This document shows positions 12,398 to 24,481 of a stretch of 64,000 bases of DNA, in pieces (positions within the stretch are counted from its first letter, which is position 1; each line of letters starts with the position of its first letter). This stretch comes from Basidiobolus meristosporus CBS 931.73. Lineage: Eukaryota > Fungi > Basidiobolomycota. The stretch spans positions 1 to 64,000 of the forward strand of contig MCFE01000468.1 of the NCBI GenBank assembly GCA_002104905.1. Reading direction: 5' to 3'. The translations under genes and the position numbers were made by a program. Below the pieces are notes generated by a model. The model was not told the origin of the DNA. It saw only the letters and a program-made list of their open reading frames with translations, and ran no database searches.

Positions 12398-13861
12398 ATG
12401 GGTGCTTCGAACGTGGTGACTACCGCAAGTCCTTTCATGGTATGGCTGAAGAACTATTTCCCCAAGTACTCCGTTGTCAAAGGGGGTCAGATTGGCCCGG
12501 ACGAACGCCCACCTTGGGGTGAGCTCATTCTGCTGGGACTGCAGCATGTGCTGGCTATGTTCGGGAGCACTGTCTTTGCTCCTTTGGTATGTGGCTTCGA
12601 CTCGAACACTGCTATCTTTTGTTCAGGAATTGGAACCATTCTTTTCTTCATTATCACTGGCGGCCGGGTTCCTTCGTACCTTGGGAGCTCGTTTGCCTTC
12701 ATCGGAACCATCACTACCGCTACTGGATACAAATACGCCCCAGGCGCTGGACTGAATGAAAATATCCCTATTGCCCAAGGAGGAATCATCGTTGCTGGTG
12801 CAGTTTATGCTGCCATCGCCATCGTTGTGCTATTGATAGGGTACAAGTGGGTTGAGTTTTTGATGCCTCCTGTGGTGACCGGGGCCGTGGTGATGGCGAT
12901 TGGTTTGAACTTGGCCGGCACTGCCGTTGGCCAGGCTGCAGCCAACTCGTTTGACGCTTGGATGGCGTTCACTACTGTGCTTGCTGTGGCATTCTTCTCT
13001 GTATATGGGCCTGGCTTCACCCGACGAGTCCCTATTCTGCTGGGTGCCATCGTTGGCTATGTGATCAATTTGATCTGTGGCTATGCTGGTGCTGGTCCGA
13101 AGATTGACTACAGCGGAGTTGGTAATGCGAAGTGGATAGGTGTGCCTCTGTTCCACACGCCGAAGTTTGAGGCACATGCCATTAGTCTCATCACCCCCGT
13201 AGTCATCATTCTTGTCGCCGAGAACATCGGTCACATTAAAGCGGTAACATCAATGACCGGGCGAAACATCGACCAGTACATCGGTAAAGCGTTCATGGGA
13301 GATGCACTTGCCACCATCCTTGCTGGCAGTCTGGGGTCCCTTGGGGTCACCACCTACGCGGAAAACATCGGCGTGATGGCAGTCACCAAGATCTTCTCCA
13401 CCCTGGTGTTTATCACTGCGGCTTTTGTTGCAGTGATTATTGGGTTCCTCCCCAAATTCGGTGCCATCATCAACACCATCCCTTCCGGTGTTTTTGGTGG
13501 ATTGAGCATCGTACTGTTTGGCCTCATCGCGGTGAGCGGTGGCCGTATCTGGATTGAAAACAAAATCGACTTCACCAACCCACGCAACCTGCTTACGGCG
13601 GGAATAGCGGTTCTGCTAGGCACCGGAATGACCGGCGATCTCAAGGTGACATTTGGCCCCATTGCCTTCGATGGGATCGGCGTGTCTACCATCGCAGCAG
13701 TCATTCTTTATCAAATCCTGCGCGGCTACCCCAACAAGCAGCCCGCTTCCAACGAGGGAACCGGCGGCAGGATGACCCCGGAGAAATGTGAGGAAAGCGC
13801 CGACTACGAGCTGTACGATCTCCACCAAGATATCCCCGTTAAACGGTTTCGATTAGATTAA
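12398..13861 (+). CDS. rutG: NCS2 (UraA/RutG-type) pyrimidine/nucleobase permease, intronless
   Basis: 487-aa multi-TM ORF with GLQHVLAMFG, GGRVPSYLGSSFAF and the NCS2 signature TTYAENIGVMAVTK; by recall very close to bacterial RutG. Confidence 0.9.
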   Translation: MGASNVVTTASPFMVWLKNYFPKYSVVKGGQIGPDERPPWGELILLGLQHVLAMFGSTVFAPLVCGFDSNTAIFCSGIGTILFFIITGGRVPSYLGSSFAFIGTITTATGYKYAPGAGLNENIPIAQGGIIVAGAVYAAIAIVVLLIGYKWVEFLMPPVVTGAVVMAIGLNLAGTAVGQAAANSFDAWMAFTTVLAVAFFSVYGPGFTRRVPILLGAIVGYVINLICGYAGAGPKIDYSGVGNAKWIGVPLFHTPKFEAHAISLITPVVIILVAENIGHIKAVTSMTGRNIDQYIGKAFMGDALATILAGSLGSLGVTTYAENIGVMAVTKIFSTLVFITAAFVAVIIGFLPKFGAIINTIPSGVFGGLSIVLFGLIAVSGGRIWIENKIDFTNPRNLLTAGIAVLLGTGMTGDLKVTFGPIAFDGIGVSTIAAVILYQILRGYPNKQPASNEGTGGRMTPEKCEESADYELYDLHQDIPVKRFRLD

Positions 13862-14954
13862 GTAGCCAACATGTGGATGCTTGCCCTATCTTGAACACAG
13901 CAGCGGAATATACGGGTTCGTGTTGTAATTACTAATGCTCTGCGTTGATCTCAAAATGGGCCTGTGCTTCATACATGTCCAACCCTGAACCCCCACGCCT
14001 TAAGATTGTATTGAGATTTCTAATAAATGCCTGTCTTTTCCGAGAAGCCATCAGTATATACATGTGGGGTCAATCATGTTGCTGGTTAGCGGGCTAGAGC
14101 ACGATTTGGGGTTATGCGAACTGGCGCCAACGACGCTTGGCTGACAAGTGCCTTTCGGTATGGGTGCCCACCGCACTTGAAACCAACAGCCAGGATCGAT
14201 CCTTTGTCCATAGGAGTAAGGATGCCAGCTGCTGATCGTACAACGATATCGGAGCAATTTGGGAACGGGGCAATGTCACCAGTTGAGACCAACGTTGACC
14301 TCTGCTGAGCTGGGCAGGTGGCTGCGGCAAGAAAAGGAAGAGGCATGCATCAATGCCCTATGGAATACTTTCACACAAGTAGTCTTCAACAGCACTGTAA
14401 CAGTTATTTACGTTGCCGAATTGGGAATTTAGTTGCCAGCCTATTCCAAGATGTATCTACTGCAGTACGCCACTCTCACTGATAGTGTATCGACCGCGTG
14501 CTGCTTGAAATCCCTTTACAATAGATGTGATGGCAATCAATGGCTAGCGTAATGACAGGCTGTTTGTTGCTGAGATGATGGTCAAAACGGTCGAGACAAT
14601 TCACCTCATCCGCTTGATTGCAACTGAATCGGTTTTCGGTTCGCTGACGGCTTTTTCATATCGATAAGAAAGTTAGTCACTGTAATTGCGATATCGGGGA
14701 TAATCAATGGGATGAATGGCTACCTGGATCCACCAATTTTGGTTCCAACTATTGCCAAGATCCGGTCGCCGCAGTTGGTGGGTAGCCAGTTTTTAATTCG
14801 AATGCATCATATTTACTCTGTTTATATTGCTTCATCGATTTCTATATATAAGTATTAGGCGCGATTTCTTTGTTTACCTTCATCATTTGATGATATTGTA
14901 ATATCGCACCAAGAATTCTGACAAAGCGGGTTGTTCCAAGTCCATTCCACTACG

Positions 14955-15837
14955 ATGTATCTTCTGGCGAAGCTCCTTTGGTTGGTAGTTACTATGCGTA
15001 TGCATCCCTTCTTCCTGGCTAACCTGCCTATTTTAGCCTGTCCCTTGGTCTATATCGTTCCTACAAAGCTATAAAATCGAGGAAAAAGACTCTTCTAACT
15101 CAATGGGTCAGCTTTTGGATCGTAATGGTCGCCTACTATGTTGTCGAAGCAGTGGCCGATTTGGTTGTAGGTTGGTGGTAAGTGTCGCTCCGAACATTGC
15201 ATCCGATTTGCCGAAGCCTAACCTTTCTTAGGCTTCCGTTGTATAGCACCTTCAAATTGATTCTTGTTGGGTACTTCCTGTTTACTCAACCCTGGGTATC
15301 TTGTCTACTTCACGATGTCCGCACTCCAACTCCCACTTACATTTCTTGATTTAGGGAACGGAGGCTTTGTATAAACAACATATCCGGCCTTTCTTAAAGT
15401 ACTACAAAAAGGACATAGAAAATGTCAAACAAAATGTACGCCACATATAGCATCTCAGAAAGCACCCGCATAGCTAACTTCTATTGGATAGTATACAACG
15501 TACCTCGTTCGGATGTCCAAGGAATCTATCAAGCTGGCCATGTTCCTGGCTAATTTATGCCTGACTGTTGCCCTTTATCTGGTAAGGCTTTTCCAGGATA
15601 CCCAGCCAGTGTGCCACCCTATTCACTGCCATTTCCCAACGCCTATAGAAGGATCTGATTTATCGAAAATTGGTCACGTTCATCACCTGGCAGCGTTACA
15701 GGTATAACGAGAAAGAATCCAGCCGTCATCAAGATTTTCGCTATCCGACATTTCAAACCACACCCTCCAAGGCCATCCAAAGGTCACCTAGAAGTAGAGT
15801 GCCAAGACCCAAGGTTGAGTCCACTGATAGTAGCTAG
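14955..15837 (+). CDS. TB2/DP1/HVA22 (REEP/Yop1-like) membrane protein, about 6 exons
   Basis: Introns 14981-15036, 15178-15231 and three further short GT-AG introns give MYLLAKLLCLSLGLYRSYKAIK...LTQWVSFWIV...EAVADLVVGWWLPLYSTFKLILV...GTEALYKQHIRPFL. The 3' exon structure and stop at 15837 are less certain. Confidence 0.75.
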
Positions 15838-17420
15838 CAGTGGGCGGTCACAACCGGTGAGGGCTTGCACTTGACCTGCTAATTGTCGCAAAACATCTCT
15901 TCGCAATGGCAGGGAACGAGCTCCATTCGTATAATGTGTTTCATTACTATCAGTTACAGTCTGTTGCATCTCCCGACTTCCTTGCTAACCGTACCCCGAC
16001 TTTCATCACATATCCCACTGAAGCCTGTAAACTTAGATAAACAAAGACCAATATGCCGATATGTATGCACCACGGCCCAATGTAAATCCCGCCGCCAAAA
16101 ATGACTAAATTGTAAACCGCCCTGTGAGTCACTGGAAATCACATCAAGTCGAGAATATGTGGTTAATAAACGTTCTAAGAAATCGCTGATGTCGATCTTT
16201 GCCGAGAAATGGCTAAATACAAAGAGACAGGGAAAGATCTGAAACCGCCCAAATTGGAAAGGAGAACGGTTGGAACGGATGGAGCGAGTGCACGGGTGAG
16301 GTGACTGAGGCATTTCAGCACAGCCACCAAGTATAGAAGCATCACCTCTCCGCCTTTCCACCGTTCTAATTGCCTGTCTCTAGTCACAAGCTTACTGAAA
16401 CGTGCACTTGATGTCGGGTAGCCAGTGGGCATGGCTGCAGAGGCTTCTTCATGAACCACTTGACGAAAGCCGGTTGGTCCGTAACTGGGAAAGATAACCT
16501 GTCAGGCGCATATAGAACGTGCTTGGTGGGTGAACTACAGGCTTGGGCACTATCGAAGGTTGCGATTTCTCAAGAATCTTGAGAAGGGCCATGGAATGAA
16601 ACATGGATATATATTTTGGCTGCTTAGCACACAGCAATTTCCGGTATCTGAATGCAATTCGTGCGTCAGACCAGTGGCAATCATCAGATGTTCCTAATGC
16701 CTTTGATAACCGTCGCGTGACTCCTTGTAGCCCCATTCAGCGTTGTTGCCCACTATAGCCTACCAGATGACTATCTAGACCTTGCCAAATGCAGCAGCAT
16801 CCTCAGCGCAACACCGCTAGTGTAACAAGCCCATGGCGAAAAGCAGGCTTCCAGCAGCCATCTCAATCACGGATTCACCACGGGCTCCATGTACCCATCC
16901 GTAATATATATACACACGCAGCCATGGGCTCAACTTCAATGCTTGTTACTGAGGGATCGTTGCACAAATAAAATGACCATCGAAACATTTGCTCCCCATT
17001 GGACCTGACTGGCTGAGACCTTGATAAATAAATCCCTCCTATTCCTCAGGAATCGCTGGGATTTCGAGGAATGCTGTGGCCGAAATGGCCATTTGCAGAG
17101 CAAGAGACAGAGGGATGGTGAGGTCGGACTAGATGGTTGATGCAAGACCGAGCTTGCGAGCACACAATGATTGGAAACCCGACGGAGATGCTTCCCATCT
17201 CAGGCATTTCGGTCCAGGTTCCACCAAGTATTCACGAGATTTTGTGCACCTGACGTTGACTGAGAGTGAATCCCGCAATTCCAAACAGGAACTTCCACGG
17301 TGGCTTTGATGGCTCCAAGTTGCTTTAAAAGTGGTCCTTTCGCCCAGTACGGAGTGCAGTATATATTACTCGATCCTTCTCCCCGCCTTTCTCTCTACCC
17401 ACACCCACTCCCCAAATAAG

Positions 17421-17639
17421 ATGGACTTGGACTGGTGTACCGTATGCGGTAAACACGTCGAGGTGGTAGGACATCTTTACTGTTCCCCCGACTGCCGCCA
17501 GCGAGATTTGAATTTAACCTACCTCATAACCCACCCCAGCCCCTCCGTAAAACTCTATAGAAAAAAGCCCCACGGATTCACCACACCGACCATCAAGCCC
17601 TGCCAGGGCCAGAACTCGCGAATCGGCCTTGCTTGTTAG
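17421..17639 (+). CDS. Ecl1/Ecl2/Ecl3-like small zinc-binding protein (72 aa)
   Basis: MDLDWCTVCGKHVEVVGHLYCSPDCRQRD matches the Ecl1-family CxxC...LYCSxxCR motif; pyrimidine-rich leader upstream. Confidence 0.7.
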   Translation: MDLDWCTVCGKHVEVVGHLYCSPDCRQRDLNLTYLITHPSPSVKLYRKKPHGFTTPTIKPCQGQNSRIGLAC

Positions 17640-18460
17640 CTTCTGTCCCAGATGCCTGATCCCCTCTCCACGCACCGGCTTTCATTCGTGCGCCCCCGGG
17701 CTCGACTGACGGCTTGGTGGCGTGGGGTCGCTTCCTGGCTTAATATGTATTCTTCTGCTGTGTATATACATCCCGCGGCGTCTCTTCGCCTCTCACCTCT
17801 CAAGCGAGTTAGCCATGATCCTTTTTACCAAATAAACCTCGTAAGAACAGTATTCTGACTTTGCGAAAGATCCCTTAGGGCGGGCGGCGCGCATGGGTCA
17901 AATCCCCCTGCCCGCCAATGGTGACCATGAGTAGCACACACCGCCTCGCCATCTTCTTGGCAGGCAGTCTCCCGCCATGTGTGGGCCAAGCCCACTGAAT
18001 CCACCCCGTTGAATCATCCCTGAGCGCCAGGGCCCAATGAGACGTCTGTCTTGCTCGCATGCAGGCGATGGCTCGATGGATGGTTGGCTCCTCTTTGGAC
18101 TATGACCACCACCGAAATACCGATTCGAAAGATCGCCCATCCGTTTGATGGAGTGGTTACCGTGGACAGAAGTCCATCTATGGTTTAGATCTTTGCTCCA
18201 TGGCCGTCATGGGCCCAGTAGAGTTACGTACCCGTCATCCGGCCACATCACTCTGACCCCCTTCGCCCAGATATGAATTGTCACCCGTTCGAGGCATCTG
18301 ATTTGCAGGGTCGGGCTGACGATTTGGTGAATCATGTCACGAGCCAGACGAATGGATACCACCCGTCCTCCTTGGCTTGGTGTCGTAGAGGGAGGGGAAT
18401 TTCGCACATAAAGCCGTGGGATGCGGGAGCGAGGGACCAGCATAAACAAGAACCCTCCCC

Positions 18461-19435
18461 ATGAAACTCTCTACTCGTGCTTTCGTATGGCATCTGGTGG
18501 GTTTGGCATCGGCCTACTCGCCCAGCTGCCCCGTCGACGAGCTATCCTGCGCGCTCCCAAGCGCCAACGATACCGCAGACGCTTGCTGCTCCCCCAAATA
18601 CGGTTTGGTCGTGTTCACGCAACAGGTAGAGATGGGCGGATGAATTCTTCCAGTGGAACGGTGTGCTAACCACCCACATAACAGTGGCTCACCAAGCAAG
18701 GTCCGGAGGATGCGTTCACCATTCACGGGCTGTGGCCCAACGCATGGTACAGTACGAATCCCATCCCATGGCCCCTCCGCGAACGTCCCCCACTAACATC
18801 CCTCCTCGCCAAACAGCAACGGTTCCTTCGCACCCGAACAAGGGTGCGATCCCGCCCGACAGTACTCAAATGTGGGGGAGATCGTACAGCAACGAAACAC
18901 CTCCCTGTACGAGCTGATGAATGAGTACTGGGTCTCGTACACCGGGGACAACAGCGAGTTCTGGTATAGTATCCGCCCAAAGCCCACATCGAGGGGTCCG
19001 TGTGTTCGTCGGTTGGGAGATTAACCGTTCGCCACGTGTAGGACCCATGAGTGGGACAAGCACGGTACGTGCGTGTCCACCCTTTCTCCTAGCTGCTACG
19101 GTGGGGATTACCAGCCATACGAAGAGATGCTGGACTACTTCGACTCGGTGATTCAACTGCACCAGCAGTACGACATCTACACCGCGTTGAGCGGGGCCGG
19201 GATCTCCCCCGGTGGTGAATACTCCAAGTTGGACATGGTCAAGGCGGTGAAGAGCTCTCTCGGTGTGGACGCCTGGTTCCATTGCAAGAAGGACGCTTTG
19301 GACGAGGCATGGATCTACTTCAATGTCCAGGGTCGAAACCGCTACGTTCCGGCTCAGCAGTACCGCGGGGAGGCCGAGTGCCCGGATCAGATCCAGTATC
19401 CTGCCAAGCAAACGATGGGCCAGGGTAACGAGTAA
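18461..19435 (+). CDS. Secreted ribonuclease T2; 4 exons
   Basis: Signal-peptide-like N-terminus. Introns 18626-18684, 18747-18816, 18964-19041 restore CAS I FTIHGLWP and CAS II FWTHEWDKHGTC; Cys-rich fungal T2 pattern. Confidence 0.93.
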
Positions 19436-19792
19436 ATAAAGTCTGGTCCCGCGGAACAGCATTCGCATTCACACTCACACTCACACTCGGAGGGTCTGGA
19501 TGGGAAAAGAAAGCCTTAAGGGTTATACAATCGAGTGGGTTTACGAAGGTCAACCTGGGTTTATTGGCAATATTGGCGGGTGCGCCATAAGAATACATGT
19601 GATCGACTGTCCAGATCGAGACTAGGTTTCAAAGCGAACAGTACGTATTGAACCGAATCCATTGGATGTTTGGGAGGGGGAAAGTTACTGACATATACTA
19701 CAGAGAGATTGCATGTTTGGTAATCCATAGGTTGCACTTAAGAACAAGACAGTCACATCACGGTAGGGGTGGGGCGGTCGTAGTATCAGTCA

Positions 19793-20044
19793 TTAGAGAC
19801 TGTCTCGACGATGGGGATGTCCGGGTTGGCTTTTGTGGGAGTAGTTTCCGCCGTAGGAGCGGCTCCACTTGTACTCACCGTAGGGATCAGGCTTCTGACT
19901 TTCCGGCAGGACACTGTAGAATTGGACCTGGCCCAAACTTGGTCTACGGGCTTTCTGGGGCCCGTTCTGACTGTTGTAGTAAAGTCCGGCAGCCCCGATG
20001 GCCCCGATGGCGGCTCCAGTTGCGGCGGCAGTGGCGAAAGGCAT
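19793..20044 (-). CDS. Small uncharacterised protein (83 aa) with hydrophobic Ala/Gly N-terminus
   Basis: ATG-initiated MPFATAAATGAAIGAIGAAGLYY...; TATAAATA about 80 nt upstream and an AC-rich leader. No family recognised. Confidence 0.55.
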   Translation of the reverse strand: MPFATAAATGAAIGAIGAAGLYYNSQNGPQKARRPSLGQVQFYSVLPESQKPDPYGEYKWSRSYGGNYSHKSQPGHPHRRDSL

Positions 20045-20122
20045 GTTGGTCTGGGGTTTTCAGTGGAGTTGGCTTGGGAGGTTGCGAGAATGTTGAGTGA
20101 ACTTTCGGTTCGCTCCTGCTGG

Positions 20123-20130
20123 TATTTATA
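20123..20130 (-). promoter_or_regulatory. TATA box of the 83-aa ORF
   Basis: TATAAATA on the minus strand upstream of ATG 20044. Confidence 0.45.
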
Positions 20131-21354
20131 GGAATCCCCTCCGGCTGGAATTGGTTACGGATTGGGCGTGGGTCTGGTGTGGAGACGGTTGATGTTGGAG
20201 CTACCAGTGGGTTACCCGTGATATCCAATGTCTCAGTAGGTTCGATGTGAACAGCTGGCCCTCAGACACCATAGAACAAGGCGACACGGCTCGAAATCAT
20301 TCGCATTCTCGGGGTAGTCCAATATTTCTGCTGGCCAAAATGATGGAAATCTGCGGAAATACGCGTGTTTTAACATGTGACCGGGCCATGGCATTTGGTC
20401 CCAACCTATCCATTCATGATGTCATACAAAAGTACGGTACTCCTTACCCAACATCATAAAAACCTTAGGCCCTCTTTAGATGCGTAGATGAGACATGACT
20501 CAGCGGGCCCTATGCGAGGGAAGCAACCTTGACCGAAGAGCGACATGTTAAACCTGACCAGTAGTGTCCTCGACGTGGGTATCGTTACGTAGTGTTCAAT
20601 GCATCGCCAGATTTCGAGTGGATCTAATGCACTCCCATACGCTACCACACCTGCCTGGTCCAACAAATCTCATTCGAACTAGTAGTTTAATTCCATGCCC
20701 ACGAGCTATTCGCACTTCCATACTGGTCACTGGACCCTGCTCGTGACGGGATGTGCCAGTATCAGCCACCGCTTTTAGTGATCCCCGGCGTCCATCGAAA
20801 CCAACGCTCGCGAGTACGCCGCTACGGATCGCTGATGGCATGTGGTGATCCTTACTGGTGGAAACTCGGGGTGATCTCCATAGGCCACTGATCGAATCCC
20901 CCTTTTCCAAAAATCCATCCACCAGAATTAAGATCCTTGGTCACGCGCATCCTGTCTGAATCCTTGCTGACACTGGTTGGATTTGGTCGGGTGACCTGGA
21001 TTGGGAAAGCCTAAGGATTCTATGACATGCGCCACAGCGAATCCACCACTTCTTTCTTGCTCCCCCAATCCATTGTGTACTAAACCCGGGCACACCAAAT
21101 CCTGCAACTGATGGCTGATGGTGTACACAGATTGCTACATTTGTGAGACCTGAGAGATATGTTTTGGGTGACCCACCCTGCTACTTCCTCCAGATTGACA
21201 AATGCTTTGTGCTCAACCTTTGCAAAATTAGTACCTTGGAATCCTCTTGCTGACAAATCTCCTCACTGCCATCACCATGGTTGAGTGCACCTTGTGGTAA
21301 AGATTTGACAGCATTTCCTTTAACATCACCTTGGCACATGCCACTTGCTAGCAC

Positions 21355-21590
21355 ATATCCCTATGAAAATTCTTGAACTTGGAATCATCTGATAATCTGC
21401 TGGGATTTGGCTGGCATTTTTTCCTCAAATGTTTAGTTTCAATATCTGGAGGAAGTGACAAGTGGCTGATTACCAAATTGAGGGTGACTACTGGTTGGCC
21501 TAGTCTCCTCCCAGAAAATATGCTGGCTTGTCTGCCTAATAGCTAGTACCTGAGATATTGAGAGTTGTAAGCTGAGAGAAACCTGAAAGT
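21355..21590 (+). mobile_element. Left-end fragment of the TGG(A/T)CC-ended DNA transposon family
   Basis: ccctatgaaaattcttgaacttggaatc...gatattgagagttg is similar to the left part of 37589-38033. Confidence 0.5.
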
Positions 21591-22579
21591 TTAATGTGTG
21601 CCTCAACAAATCTGAGATTGTGCCTTAGCAAAAATAAGAATTCAGCAATTGCATTGTAGTTTCTGCCCAAGCCTAGAATATCTAGCACTCCCAAGAACAC
21701 CAAGCCTAGCCTGTATAGCAAACCAACTCTGTTGCCTTTATAGCCAAACCCAGCTATATACAAGACCAATATTAGAACAGAATCTCTCTGCCAATATTTC
21801 TGCCATTCTCTGACAATTCTAAGATCCAAATCTTTCCATGTTGGAAGAAGCTCAAAGAAATCAGGAAGAACTTACTGAGCTGCTTGAAAACATCATGTAT
21901 GAAAGAAACACCTTGATGCTTGAGCACTCAAAGCTTGCCAAGACAAGATCTCACAATCATTGTAGAGATGAACTCCTTGAAGTTATTTCTGGTTATCAAG
22001 ATGGAATTGGAATAATCAAAGAAGCACTGCAGAATGTGGCCATAGTATTTGACAGCATTGAAAATCTACCAAGCCATATTCTGCATCAGACACCAAGCAG
22101 TCATGCCTTTAAATCCTCCAGATCTACATCTCCCTCCAGACCTGCCCAGCTGGTTGTCCCAAGATCCTTGCCTTGTTATGCTCAAGGAGTCAATGCAATA
22201 AAGAATCCTGCTGAGTATCTTTTCAAGTTTAGTCACATCTTAGCTGCACACCAGCTAGGCCCTGACACCAATTGGGCTAGACTTCTCCCACTCTGTCTCA
22301 CCATGCATGATGTTAACTCTGTTATACTGAATATTCCTTCCAATAGTACATGGGAAATTGCCCAAAACTACTTTGGCAGCCATTTTGAAGATCCCCCAGG
22401 AAAGCACATCTGAACTGCAACTTATGGGAAACTAAAATGCAAGCAGGTGAATCTGCGCAACACTTCTGTGATAGATTCCAAAGACCAATGAAATTAGCTG
22501 GAGTTAGTGATGATGATCATCACTTACTTCTCATTTTCTTTCAAACTTTGTACACCAGCTGCCAAGCAATATTGCTATT
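21590..22579 (+). pseudogene. Ty3/Gypsy LTR fragment plus gag fragment (same family as 29317-37290)
   Basis: 21590-21830 is similar to 29700-29940; ORF 21838-22413 is similar to gag ORF 30055-30579. Truncated by a PHIS insertion at ATT 22577-22579. Confidence 0.8.
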
Positions 22580-24481
22580 AGACTGGTTCCATTGTACTGT
22601 GCCAGGGTGTGTGGTGTAATCCTTGGTTGTTAAGAACAATCAGCCACAATACTGTAGCTACCAGCAGGCAGGATTGCTCTTGGACAATTTTGCACTATGT
22701 GGGACAATCTTTCACACTATAGCACAATCTGACACAAAGAGGCTGGTCTGGATGATTGCACCAACTTGTTATCTTTAAGTTACATGCACAATTGTATACC
22801 TCTATTATAATAGGTAAAGTCTGGTATTTGGATATGCTTCTTGAATGTAAATGGAAATAAATGTGTATCACACTATAAGCTACACTGATACTTACCATTT
22901 TGGTTACCTTCACTCCAATTGGATAGTGTGTCAGTGATTGCTTGGCCTAAGAGTATGCTGAAGCTGTAAGCCCCCAATTGGCTCATTGACAAATACACAA
23001 GCTACCTGATATGTTTTCAAATATCCCATTTTGCCCATTTGGCAAGTGAATCCCTGATTTCAGTGATTGGACTAGGTGTCATTACTAGCACACAACTGAT
23101 TGGGTAGGTGCAAGACAGACCAAATAGCTGCACTGGTGTTGCAGATGATGTACAAGTATGCAGGGTGTTTATTTATAGGGGTTCTCTCTCAAGCATGCAA
23201 TGATTTTCATTTTAATATATTAAGATTTGGTGATCACCGGTCTGCAATGGCTCAATTTGGATTGCAAAAAGATATGTGTTGTTTAGATCATGGCAGATGA
23301 TAGCAATTTAACACAATTGCATCATCTTCTGCTAGGTTTTGTTCCCACAGGGATTACTACAGAGCATTTGGTAGTAACTCACTTTACACCACTGAACTAC
23401 TTCCTTCTTGACTATCTACTTGGCTACATGTGTACTTGTGGTCAATATTTTTCCTCCTAGCAGATCAGTGCAATGCCAGAGCTTGACCACACTGAATTGC
23501 TCCAGATGGTGTTACAAAACCAGCTTGTAGTGCCATGTGCTGACATGTTCTTTTACTTGTCAATGCTTCTGTGGTGGAGGCACTTCCAGTGGGTCATTGT
23601 CAGTCAGTTCACCAGAAGTTACTTGCTGAAGGTCAGATGCAACAGCATGCACAGGTGCTGCTTGATGCACTGGCATAACCCTTGGCTGAGTTTGATGTGA
23701 TCCCACTTGTTGACATAACTTGGCCCACTCTAATGAACACATATCTAATTGAGCAGTCTGGCATGTTCTGTAAGTTTTGCTCTGAACTGAGCATGCTGAC
23801 ACAACACACAACAACCCAGTGCATGTTGCTCTTGTAAAGGGTGTTGGCATGGACTAGACTGACATGCACTGGTGCACCAGCATTTTGAGGGATGGTGAGG
23901 AATCCAACAAGAAATACTAGTACCTCTAAGAAAAAAAATTAAGAAAAGGCCAGCAAAATAACATCATAATATCAGCAGAATTCCAAGTTTCTCAAAATTG
24001 ACAACTCTCAATATCTCTGTTGCTAACAGATGGGCAGGCAAGTAAACAACTTCCCCACCAAATTTGGTAATTAGCTGTCTGTTGCTTCTATCAAAATTTG
24101 CACTTGCTATTTTGAACTAAAAACACCATCTGAATACCATCAAAACACCATTAGAATACCAGCAAAATACCAGCTGAAAATTAGATGAATTTCTAGTTTG
24201 AGACTTCTCATAGGGGTACAATCTGGATGCAGTTTCCCATAGTCTGAATTCTTAATCTTGAAGCTCACCTTCTGATTCCTCAAGGTATTAGACTTGTTCC
24301 ATTAGATAGTGCCACATAGTGCCAGCCTGTTTATAGTGCTGGATTGATCTGGCACTCTTTGGTACCATCTGGCACTAAAATCTCAACCATTATGCCAGTG
24401 GTAGGATATAGCTAATGGTAATATCACTCAATCTTACTTATGTTGCTCAGAATAGTGCTTTCCTTGCTTTGTTTACTCTCC

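Noticed and set aside
12474-13828. Alternative-frame and antisense ORFs over the permease (likewise 18866-19468 over RNase T2)
   Set aside because: Shadow ORFs expected from GC-rich codon usage of the real gene.
14086-14346. 86-aa minus-strand ORF
   Set aside because: Three overlapping frames are open with no family motif; cannot support it as a gene.
19470-19487. (CACACT)3 microsatellite
   Set aside because: Too short to be meaningful.
20247-21128. ORFs of 60-108 aa just before the CpG boundary
   Set aside because: No recognisable host or TE domain.
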